Notes under the pieces: model-generated
What the model saw: only the letters and a program-made list of their open reading frames with translations
Databases searched by the model: none
What the model was told of the DNA's origin: nothing
Part shown: positions 9,100-17,303 of the stretch, in pieces
How positions within the stretch are numbered: position 1 is the first letter of the stretch
Layout: each line of letters opens with the position of its first letter
Position numbers and translations under genes: made by a program
Origin: Candidatus Helarchaeota ASGARD archaeon Hel_GB_B
Lineage (GTDB): Archaea; Asgardarchaeota; Lokiarchaeia; Helarchaeales; HEL-GB-B
NCBI GenBank assembly: GCA_005191425.1
Contig: SUPR01000057.1
Span: forward strand, 1-23,593
Length of the DNA: 23,593 nucleotides
Direction: 5' to 3'

Positions 9100-9327
9100 T
9101 TAATATCGTCCATAATCTGTGGCGTTTTTGAGCGTCTGGTATAGTATTGCCATGGCTTCATTGACTGCGGTCTGGTTTTTAGATATAATGCCTTTTATGT
9201 GTTCACTTACAGATTCTTCATTTCTATTTATGCCATAAAAGTCATTTGCAATCCCTGAAGCAGAATTTTCGCTCAATATGTCCGGTATCTCTCGGAGTAT
9301 TTTTATTTGAAGATACTCACTTTTCAT
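9100..9327 (-). CDS. Small hypothetical protein or gene fragment (75 aa from ATG 9327) with atypical GC
   Basis: MKSEYLQIKILREIPDILSENSASGIANDFYGINRNEESVSEHIKGIISKNQTAVNEAMAILYQTLKNATDYGRY. Protein-like composition, no recognised family. Confidence 0.4.
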   Translation of the reverse strand: MKSEYLQIKILREIPDILSENSASGIANDFYGINRNEESVSEHIKGIISKNQTAVNEAMAILYQTLKNATDYGRY

Positions 9328-9492
9328 CAGCAACGGAATTAGTAAAAGGTCATTTAAAAATATATAATCACATAATAAAACCATAATAAAAAATATATAC
9401 TCTGAATGTTTTTAAAATTTTCAAATATATTTCTTAGATTTATATTTCTATTTATAATTTATAAAATAACAGAATATCGCCATTGATTTATT

Positions 9493-10587
9493 ATGAAAAC
9501 ATTTAAATTATTTGGAGCTTCATTTGACCCTTCAGATTCACTGACCAAAATAATGATTAAAAGAAAATATCTTGATGATATTAGTAGAAATATTCAAACT
9601 AAACATAATATTTATCAAGATGTATATGATGCATTGATATCTGAATCTAAGGTAATAAATGAACTTAAATTACAAAAAATAGGGAAATTTCCAGTAGAAA
9701 GTTGGCTTCAATCAAAACCAGAAATTGAAGATTTAATTTTCATGATGCCCGAGGAGTTCAGGACTTTTTTAGATACAAATGGTTGTATGGAATATACTTT
9801 AGAACTGGAAAAATTTATTGAAGAAAAAGTATTTCCGGATTTTCCAGTAATGGTCGGAGTAGACCACTCGCTTACCGGTGGTGTACTTAAGGCATTGTCT
9901 AAAAAATATGGCGCAGATAATATCACAGTTATTATTTTAGATGGTCATTTTGATGCAGTACCCACTGATTTAAGATTAGGACTTGCAAGCTATTCTAAAG
10001 AACATAAGGACGAAATTGATGTTATTTTTCCAAGTTTATTAGACTCAATTGATGAAAATTTAGATATCCCTCAGTCCTATAATTGTGGGACATTTCTTTA
10101 CTATCTAATAAAAGAAAACATTATAATTCCAAAAAATCTAATAATCTTTGGAACAATGGATTATCCTGGGGAAAGTTATAAAAAAATTAATGATATTAGA
10201 GTCAAAAAATATATTGATTTCTATTTGAAATTTGAGGAACAAGGTACTAAGTTTATTCCAAATAACGGAAATTGCCAATCTATGAATAACAAACTTGAAA
10301 ATATATTACAAGCGGTCGAAACTCCCTATTTATATGTATCAATTGATGTGGATATTGGGTCTTTAAATTCAATTCTTGCAGCTCGTTTTATGGAATTTAT
10401 TGGTCTAGATGAAGCATGTTTAATTGACTCTGCACAAATATTAAGAGAAGTTCTAAACAAGAATAAATTAGAATTAATTGGATTAGATTTAATGGAAATA
10501 GATATCTACTTTTTAAATGCTAAATTAAAAAGCGGTAAATCTGATAAAACAATCAAGGTAATGGATAATTTTTTAAAAATTATTTAA
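9493..10587 (+). CDS. Arginase/agmatinase (ureohydrolase) family protein
   Basis: Metal ligand motifs GVDHS, LDGHFDA, SIDVD and the C-terminal DLME. Confidence 0.85.
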   Translation: MKTFKLFGASFDPSDSLTKIMIKRKYLDDISRNIQTKHNIYQDVYDALISESKVINELKLQKIGKFPVESWLQSKPEIEDLIFMMPEEFRTFLDTNGCMEYTLELEKFIEEKVFPDFPVMVGVDHSLTGGVLKALSKKYGADNITVIILDGHFDAVPTDLRLGLASYSKEHKDEIDVIFPSLLDSIDENLDIPQSYNCGTFLYYLIKENIIIPKNLIIFGTMDYPGESYKKINDIRVKKYIDFYLKFEEQGTKFIPNNGNCQSMNNKLENILQAVETPYLYVSIDVDIGSLNSILAARFMEFIGLDEACLIDSAQILREVLNKNKLELIGLDLMEIDIYFLNAKLKSGKSDKTIKVMDNFLKII

Positions 10588-10600
10588 AAATTGCTAAAAA

Positions 10601-11437
10601 TTGGTAATTTATATGAATTATAACAAGGCAATATTAATAACGGGCGCAAGTAGCGGAATTGGTAGGGCCATTGCAGAGTATCTTTCGTCCAAAGGTTTTA
10701 AAATATATGCCGGTGCTAGGAAAAATAAGGATTTAGATGCCTTAAATAAATTAGTTAATATCACTGCTGTAAGATTAGATGTTACAAACCAAGAAGAAAT
10801 TAACTCGGTATACAATTTTATTAAAAGTCAAAATACTGGACTTTTTGGATTGGTCAATAATGCAGGAATTGCATATGCTGGTCCCTTAATGGACATGCCT
10901 GTTGATTTTATGTATAAACAATTTGATGTAAATTTAATTGGAGTCCACCGAATAACAAAAACATTTTTTCCATTTTTATTACAATCTAAAGGAAGAATCA
11001 TAATGATAAGTAGCGATTCGGGGTTTTTTGCAACACCTTTTTTTGGGCCATATAGTGTCAGTAAATTTGCCTTAGAAGGGTATTCGGATTCGCTAAGACG
11101 TGAATTATTATTAGTGGGGGTAAAAGTTATTATAATAGAACCGGGAAGGATAAAGACGCCTATTTGGGATAAAGGAAAAGAATTATTCGACAAATTCCCA
11201 GAAGATTCAATTTTTTCTGAAAAAGCACGTAAAATAGGGGAATATGCTATTGAAAAAGGAAAAACATCAGGCTTATCTCCTTATAAAGTGGCAAAAGTAG
11301 TTTTTAAGGCATTGACTAGAAAGAAGCCTAAATTACGATATTTAATTGCACCCAACAAATTTGAATATAAAATAATTAAAATTATGACAGATAAAATGGT
11401 AGATTCAATGGTTAAAAAGAAACTTGAAAAGTTCTAA
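10601..11437 (+). CDS. Short-chain dehydrogenase/reductase (17beta-HSD / retinol-dehydrogenase-like, probably NADP-preferring)
   Basis: TGASSGIG, basic GARK after beta2, LVNNAG, catalytic S...YSVSK, SLRREL, IEPG. Only 13 nt after the arginase-family gene. Confidence 0.93.
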   Translation: MVIYMNYNKAILITGASSGIGRAIAEYLSSKGFKIYAGARKNKDLDALNKLVNITAVRLDVTNQEEINSVYNFIKSQNTGLFGLVNNAGIAYAGPLMDMPVDFMYKQFDVNLIGVHRITKTFFPFLLQSKGRIIMISSDSGFFATPFFGPYSVSKFALEGYSDSLRRELLLVGVKVIIIEPGRIKTPIWDKGKELFDKFPEDSIFSEKARKIGEYAIEKGKTSGLSPYKVAKVVFKALTRKKPKLRYLIAPNKFEYKIIKIMTDKMVDSMVKKKLEKF

Positions 11438-11519
11438 ATCAATTTATAAAATTATTTAGGATATAAATCGATGATTGACCAGATCTTAAAATTTTAATAA
11501 TATATTTAGGAAATCTACA

Positions 11520-12101
11520 TTATTTTTTCTCTTTTTTGGTAATAATAACCTCATATCTATTATCTCCAGCAGCTAAGGATTTAGTTACGAATGATGTTAA
11601 ATCCTTATTAACTGCGTTCACTAGACCATCTTCCCAAGAAACAAAACCTTGGCAGACTTCCGGGCATTTCATTCCTCTATGAGGACATTTATATGGACGA
11701 CCAGGAAAAGAAATGGAAACGGTATCTTTAGAATGAATTTTCACTTCAGGCTGATTTTGAGGATAAATGTGTTTTTCCCACCCAGATAACCCAAATAAAA
11801 CATAGAAAAACATTATTAATTGCATAGCTTTTAATGCATCATTTTTGTTATCGAATATTGGGTCTTTTAGATATTTTTTCCCATAATAATATCCGATAGG
11901 AAACCCTGCCCTTCTTGTAGCTTCTATAAAAGAGTCCTTATAGAACCTACTACAAATCCAATTTATAGCTGAGCCAGAAAATGAACCTGTAAATTCAAGA
12001 TATGCTTTAATTGGGTGTCTAATAAATTTATTGAAGCAATAAATAGGGTGAATAAAAAGTTTGAAAGTCTTGACAAAAATAATTTTAAGTGAATATGCCA
12101 T
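11520..12101 (-). CDS. V4R / ATC-hydrolase-like small-molecule-binding domain protein
   Basis: C-terminal KCPH...CPEVCQGF..WEDGLVNAVN..L....TKSLAAGDNRYEVII resembles the V4R/ATC hydrolase CP...C...G..C pattern, with the last Cys replaced by Tyr. Confidence 0.65.
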   Translation of the reverse strand: MAYSLKIIFVKTFKLFIHPIYCFNKFIRHPIKAYLEFTGSFSGSAINWICSRFYKDSFIEATRRAGFPIGYYYGKKYLKDPIFDNKNDALKAMQLIMFFYVLFGLSGWEKHIYPQNQPEVKIHSKDTVSISFPGRPYKCPHRGMKCPEVCQGFVSWEDGLVNAVNKDLTSFVTKSLAAGDNRYEVIITKKEKK

Positions 12102-12119
12102 TAATTGGGGTAAAAAATA

Positions 12120-12476
12120 TCACCCTAAATTTTTACGTGCTTCTCGACTTCCAGATCGTAATAATAAATGCCAAAAATATGCTCGGTCCTTCCATGTTAT
12201 TCTACTTTTAAGTTTAATAACATCTTCAGAAAGCCAGTCGGGTGGAACTTTTTCAATTTCCCATGCTTCATATAAATTTTTAGAAGTAATCCGATTCAAT
12301 AATTTTATAGGTATATGGGTTATTTTGAATAAGGATAAAATAAAACCGCGACTTGCTGAAATATTAATATAGGACTCACTTCTATTAAAAATAAAGAATA
12401 CTATTACAAGAATTAACAATGTAGGAAATGCATATGGAAAAATTTGAATTAACATATCAATTATTTTCATCAACAA
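12120..12476 (-). CDS. Hypothetical single-pass membrane protein
   Basis: N-terminal TM IFPYAFPTLLILVIVFFIF, then a basic soluble region. Gaps of 8 and 18 nt to its neighbours suggest an operon. Confidence 0.7.
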   Translation of the reverse strand: MLMKIIDMLIQIFPYAFPTLLILVIVFFIFNRSESYINISASRGFILSLFKITHIPIKLLNRITSKNLYEAWEIEKVPPDWLSEDVIKLKSRITWKDRAYFWHLLLRSGSREARKNLG

Positions 12477-12484
12477 CTATTAAG

Positions 12485-13369
12485 TTATATTTCATCTTCA
12501 ATAAAAGGACAATTAGAATCCCTCATTTGATTTATTCTTAAAAGAACACTTTTATACAATATTTCCATAAAATTTTGGACTTTTTCATTATAAATAACTC
12601 CATAAACTTTTCTGTTTAAAATTTTTTCAATTAATTCGGGTTTTAAATAGTTTTTTTCACCATAATGCAAGCCAATTACAAGACATAATGCAAATGGATT
12701 ATGTTTATAAAGCATTGGTAAAATTTTTGTTTTTATTTTTGTTACATCAATAGAATCCGAATCTGAAATTATTAAAAAACCATAAACATCTTTTATAAAT
12801 TCTAATATGATAGGTGCAGGTCGGTCTGAAATTAAATTTTCAAATATCGGTTTTGAAATAATGCACAATTCAATTAATAATTGGGGAAATGTTTCTAAAA
12901 TTTTACACTGGCAATTTTTTAAAAAATCAACTTCAATAACCTCACCTTGTATTTTGTGAAAAATTTCGCTAATTTCCTGATCATTAAATCCTAAAATAAT
13001 AAATTTTATTCTTTTTATTTGTTCTTTTAATTGTAATTTTATTTCTTCAATATCTATTTTTTCTGGATATTCTATTATTGTCAGTATTTTACCTAAACGC
13101 GAAATATCTTCATTGGTAAGATATTCCATGTCATTCCAAATATATTCTGTAGGTGAAATATCTATATATATAGTCTTATTACAATCAAGGTCACATTTAA
13201 AGCAACTGGGGTACTCTACTTCAATTAAATTCCCCCACAAATATATTTTAAATAATAAGTCTTCTTTATTTATTATGATATATTCATCTTTCCTAATATT
13301 AAGTCCCATTTCATTAATTATTTTTTCTATAATTTGCCTTCTTTTTAATTTTTGCTTGTTCATTTTCAT
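12485..13369 (-). CDS. Hypothetical protein with a degenerate Ras-like small GTPase fold (pseudo-GTPase) in the C-terminal half
   Basis: Strand order IKFIILG / ELCII / IKDVYGFLIISDS / LCLVIG / NEKVQNFMEILYK parallels small GTPases, but the G1, G3, G4 and G5 motifs are not intact. Confidence 0.55.
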   Translation of the reverse strand: MKMNKQKLKRRQIIEKIINEMGLNIRKDEYIIINKEDLLFKIYLWGNLIEVEYPSCFKCDLDCNKTIYIDISPTEYIWNDMEYLTNEDISRLGKILTIIEYPEKIDIEEIKLQLKEQIKRIKFIILGFNDQEISEIFHKIQGEVIEVDFLKNCQCKILETFPQLLIELCIISKPIFENLISDRPAPIILEFIKDVYGFLIISDSDSIDVTKIKTKILPMLYKHNPFALCLVIGLHYGEKNYLKPELIEKILNRKVYGVIYNEKVQNFMEILYKSVLLRINQMRDSNCPFIEDEI

Positions 13370-13450
13370 TCTAAAACCATAAATAAATTATTAAATAAAT
13401 TAAAATAGAGTCTCTAATATTTAGGAATAATAATTATATTTATAATTCCC

Positions 13451-13492
13451 TTAATATTATAGATAATTAATTTAATATTATAGATAATTAAT
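13451..13492. repeat. Perfect 21-bp tandem duplication (TTAATATTATAGATAATTAAT x2) in a divergent promoter region
   Basis: Copies at 13451-13471 and 13472-13492, read directly. Confidence 0.85.
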
Positions 13493-13555
13493 AAAATATT
13501 AATTTCAAATCACAGACTTTCAAATATAAATTTTTAATAATAAGGACGAGAAACA

Positions 13556-14245
13556 ATGGCTAATAGATTTAAACCATGGAGTGTGGAAAGAGAAATACCA
13601 AACACAGATTGTACAATTCAAGTTGGGGATATTAATGGTAAATGGGCGGTAGTAATAAGAAAAAAACTCAATGATGGAAATAAAAAGGCATTAGCTCTTA
13701 AAAAAATCCAAAAATTGACAGATACGAATATAATAAATGTTATAAAAGACACTATCGGAAAACAATATTCACTGGACACTTTTACACTCGGGTCTACAAT
13801 GAGCGTAATTTTAAGAGAGGTTTATGATAAAATAAAAAGTCACGGTGAGTCAAAAGCCACACCCCAAACAGAGAAGACCCTTAAACAGCCTGCTACGACA
13901 CAATCTAATGTAAAACCTATTTCTTCAATTCCTACTCCTAAAAAAAGAGAAGCAGACTCGTTTTGGTCCTCTTATGATGCAGCTAGCAGTTATACATATC
14001 CGCAAAACAATGTACCTCCTCAGCAACCTGTATCAGATAGTACTACCTCTTTACAACCATCTCAGACTCAGCAATATATACCGCAAGCTACATCTCAGCC
14101 ACCTGAAACTACCCCAGATTCTGATGAATCTTCCGATTTAGATGCCATTTTGGGAGATTTAGGTCTTAGTTGCCCATATTGTGGCGCAGAAATTGGCCCG
14201 GATGATGAAATCTGTCCTCGTTGTGGTAAAAAAATACCACTCTAA
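13556..14245 (+). CDS. Hypothetical protein: N-terminal globular domain, P/Q/S/T-rich disordered linker, C-terminal zinc ribbon
   Basis: C-terminal CPYCGAEIGPDDEICPRCGKKI (zinc_ribbon_2-like) and a low-complexity linker such as NNVPPQQPVSDSTTSLQPSQTQQYIPQATSQPPETTP. Confidence 0.85.
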   Translation: MANRFKPWSVEREIPNTDCTIQVGDINGKWAVVIRKKLNDGNKKALALKKIQKLTDTNIINVIKDTIGKQYSLDTFTLGSTMSVILREVYDKIKSHGESKATPQTEKTLKQPATTQSNVKPISSIPTPKKREADSFWSSYDAASSYTYPQNNVPPQQPVSDSTTSLQPSQTQQYIPQATSQPPETTPDSDESSDLDAILGDLGLSCPYCGAEIGPDDEICPRCGKKIPL

Positions 14246-14275
14246 TATGATATTCTTATCAATAAAAATCTTAAA

Positions 14276-14770
14276 TCAAGTTAATTTTATTTGTAATAAT
14301 TGGTCAATTCTTTTCTTTAATAATTCAATATACTGTGAATTATCTATACTAGTCAATGGGGATTTGCAATATGGACATTTAAACATACAATCAAATGCAA
14401 TAAAATACGGGTATCTTTTACCACATTTCTCACAAATAAAATATGTTTGATTAGTTTCTACCTCTAATAATTCTCTTAACTGTTTAATACTCTTTGATAT
14501 CTTACGATTAATTACCCAATCAATCGAATTTTTCCTTAACTCCCAGTAAATTGTTTCATTATCGATTTTTTTGTATGATATTAATCCTAAATCAAATAAA
14601 TCATACAATATTTTTAATATACTCCGTTGGTTCATCTTTAAATCTGACATTAATTCTTCAGTAGTTAATTTTTGATTTCTGCTCAATATATCTAGAACCT
14701 TTTTATAATAGAAATTTTTTCTTGAATCCATTTCATCTTTAAATAATACCTTAATTTCCTTAAAGTTCAA
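14276..14770 (-). CDS. tfe: Transcription factor E alpha subunit (TFE / TFIIE-alpha homolog)
   Basis: wHTH LTTEELMSDLKMNQRSILKILYDLFDLGLISYKK, then YW, a coiled coil and the Zn ribbon YFICEKCGKRY...AFDCMFKCPYCKSPLTSIDNS. Confidence 0.88.
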   Translation of the reverse strand: MNFKEIKVLFKDEMDSRKNFYYKKVLDILSRNQKLTTEELMSDLKMNQRSILKILYDLFDLGLISYKKIDNETIYWELRKNSIDWVINRKISKSIKQLRELLEVETNQTYFICEKCGKRYPYFIAFDCMFKCPYCKSPLTSIDNSQYIELLKKRIDQLLQIKLT

Positions 14771-15050
14771 AAATTACACCCTACATTTTCTATTATTGTT
14801 TATTCTTTTCTTAAAAACTGATGATAATTTCTAAATTTTAAAGCAATTTTTTCTAAGTATTTAATATTTATAAATTTTATTTCAAATTATTCGGAAATTC
14901 CTCATAAATTTATTATCTACTTTCTTAATAATTAAAATAATTTATTTCTAAATCATATTATTATTTTAAAATAAATTTCGAATTCTAAAGAAAAAACATG
15001 TTATTTTTAATTTAAAAATTTTTAATTTCTTTGTTAAAATGAGTAAATTA

Positions 15051-16547
15051 TCAATAATTTTTAACATAATTTTTGTATTTTTTAAATCCTTCATCCCAAA
15101 ATGATCTCTCTTCAGGTCTAAAAGTAATAATATTTTGTGAATTTCTAACAATTTTCCTGATTTCCTTTAAAGATTTAATATTATATTCGTTATATGCTTG
15201 AATTAATAGATTTCCTATTGCAGTAGCTTCAATCGGGCCTGCTTTTACTGTAATACCAGTTGCATTTGCAGTGAATTGTGATAAAGCTGAATTCTGGGCA
15301 CCCCCACCTACAATATAAATGGTCTTAAAAGTTTTCATTGGAAAAATTTCTTTAATATTTTTATAAATTTCCCGATATCTAAATGCAATACTTTCCAATA
15401 TACACCTAACCATTTCTCCTTTTTTATGAGGAATTTTTTGTCCTGTTTTTTTACAAAAGTCTTTAATAGCTTGCGGCATATCTATTGGATTTAAAAAGTC
15501 AGGCGAATCTGGATATATAAAGAATGAAAATGGTTTAATACTTGGGTCTAAAGCCTCTTCTGTAAGTTTTGAAAACGTCATTTTTTTTCCAGATTTCTCT
15601 TCCCAAATTCTCCTACATTCTTGAATTAGCCAAAAACATGTAATATTTTTTAAAAACCTAATAGTCCCAAAAACTCCACCCTCATTAGTAAAATTATATT
15701 TCAGTGCATTCTCAGAGGTATTCGGTTCATTAAGTTCAGTACCAAATAATGCCCAAGTACCAGAGCTAATATACAAAAAATCTTTTTCATCAAATGGTAC
15801 TGGAACTGAAACAATAGCTGAAGCCGTGTCATGAGTAGCTGGCGCAATTATTTTCAAATTTTTATTAATACCAGTTTCTGTCGAAATTGATCCCAATATT
15901 TTCCCTATTATAGATCCGGGCTCTATAATTTTTGGAAATATCTTTTTAGGAAATCCAAACTCTTCGATTAATTTATATGACCAATCTTTTGTTTTCAAGT
16001 CTAAAAGCTGACTTGTCGTGGCTATTGTATATTCAGAAAATTTTTTACCCGTTAATAGATAATTAAAAAAATCTGCAATCATCAAAAATTTATCTGCAAT
16101 ATTTAGAAAATGATTTTCATAAATTTTTGAAGAATATAACTGAAATAATGAATTTATTTGCATAAATTGGATCCCTGTAATTTTAAATATTTTTTTAGGA
16201 GGTACTACCTTAAAAGCTATGTCCATTATATTATTGGTCCTTTTATCTCGATAATGATATGGATTGCTTATTAAACGGCCATTCTTGTCCAACAATACAA
16301 AATCAACACCCCATGTATCAATACCACAAGTTCTCAATTTTCCTTTTTTCGATTGTACGCTTAGTGCCTTTTTTATCTCACTATAAAAGCCAAGAATATC
16401 CCAGTAAATTGAGTCTAATACTTTTACACCACCTGTAGTAAAGCGATAAATCTCTTTTATTTTAAGTTTGCCGTTTTCTAACTTACCTGCTATTGCTCTT
16501 GCATTTGAAGCTCCAAAATCAAAAGCTAAGTGCTCCGCATCTTCCAT
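15051..16547 (-). CDS. rhaB: Rhamnulokinase-like FGGY family sugar kinase
   Basis: LAFDFGASNAR, GIDTWGVDFVLLD, YHYRDKRT, TGIQFMQINSLFQL, HDTASA, YISSGTWAL, NFTNEGG, RFLKNITCFWLIQEC, VGGGAQN, GPIEATAIGN. Confidence 0.88.
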   Translation of the reverse strand: MEDAEHLAFDFGASNARAIAGKLENGKLKIKEIYRFTTGGVKVLDSIYWDILGFYSEIKKALSVQSKKGKLRTCGIDTWGVDFVLLDKNGRLISNPYHYRDKRTNNIMDIAFKVVPPKKIFKITGIQFMQINSLFQLYSSKIYENHFLNIADKFLMIADFFNYLLTGKKFSEYTIATTSQLLDLKTKDWSYKLIEEFGFPKKIFPKIIEPGSIIGKILGSISTETGINKNLKIIAPATHDTASAIVSVPVPFDEKDFLYISSGTWALFGTELNEPNTSENALKYNFTNEGGVFGTIRFLKNITCFWLIQECRRIWEEKSGKKMTFSKLTEEALDPSIKPFSFFIYPDSPDFLNPIDMPQAIKDFCKKTGQKIPHKKGEMVRCILESIAFRYREIYKNIKEIFPMKTFKTIYIVGGGAQNSALSQFTANATGITVKAGPIEATAIGNLLIQAYNEYNIKSLKEIRKIVRNSQNIITFRPEERSFWDEGFKKYKNYVKNY

Positions 16548-16688
16548 TAAATTTGCACCGCGCTAATTTATTTTTTTAGAAAAACCGTACTTTTTAATTA
16601 AATAAAATTTTAATCAATCTCTTAAATAAATTTATTAATTTTATATTTTATATCTCATTATAAAAATTAAATTTGGTGTTTGTTTCAT

Positions 16689-17201
16689 ATGTCTGAATTA
16701 GGATTTAAAATGATGGCTTTTTTCTTTAGAATTAGAGACCTTTTTTCTCCACCAATAAAGAAAATAAAATTACTTAACATCAAAAAGGGTAGTATAATAT
16801 TAGATTATGGTTGCGGACCTGGGAGTTTCTCTATAGCGGCAGCTCAACTTGTAGGAAATACAGGAAAAGTATATGCCCTAGATATTCTTCCAATTGCAAT
16901 TGAATATGTTAAGAAAAAAGCAGAAAGAAAAAAATTAACGAATATTGAAACTATTATCTCAAATTGCGATACAGGTTTAAATGATGGATCTGTGGATATT
17001 ATTTTCCTATTTGATATCTTACATGACCTAAAAGATCCAAATAAAATTATTACTGAATTATTTAGAATATTAAAAGTGAATGGAATTTTATCTATTTCGG
17101 ACCACCACCTAAATCAAGAGAAAATCGATTTAATAATAAATAGTAATTTATTCAAATTTAAAAACAAAATTAACGGATTAATTAATTATATTAAAATTTG
17201 A
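16689..17201 (+). CDS. Class I SAM-dependent methyltransferase
   Basis: Motif I ILDYGCGPG, YALDI, SVDIIFLFDILHD, RILKVNGIL. Start placed at ATG 16689. Confidence 0.88.
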   Translation: MSELGFKMMAFFFRIRDLFSPPIKKIKLLNIKKGSIILDYGCGPGSFSIAAAQLVGNTGKVYALDILPIAIEYVKKKAERKKLTNIETIISNCDTGLNDGSVDIIFLFDILHDLKDPNKIITELFRILKVNGILSISDHHLNQEKIDLIINSNLFKFKNKINGLINYIKI

Positions 17202-17303
17202 TTTGTTTTATAATTTAATTTAATTTCAATGTATAATTTAATTTGGTCAATTTGATTTGGAATTAATTTTAAACTGTAATTAAGAAATTATGCTATGATT
17301 TAA

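Noticed and set aside
8898-9161. 87-aa minus-strand ORF
   Set aside because: It overlaps both the PNPOx-like gene end and the 9100-9327 ORF, and its second half is AT-rich low complexity. A frameshifted continuation of the 9100-9327 fragment cannot be excluded.
14966-15151. 61-aa minus-strand ORF overlapping the end of the rhamnulokinase gene
   Set aside because: Out-of-frame overlap of 100 nt, low-complexity K/L/I/F composition typical of AT-rich non-coding DNA.
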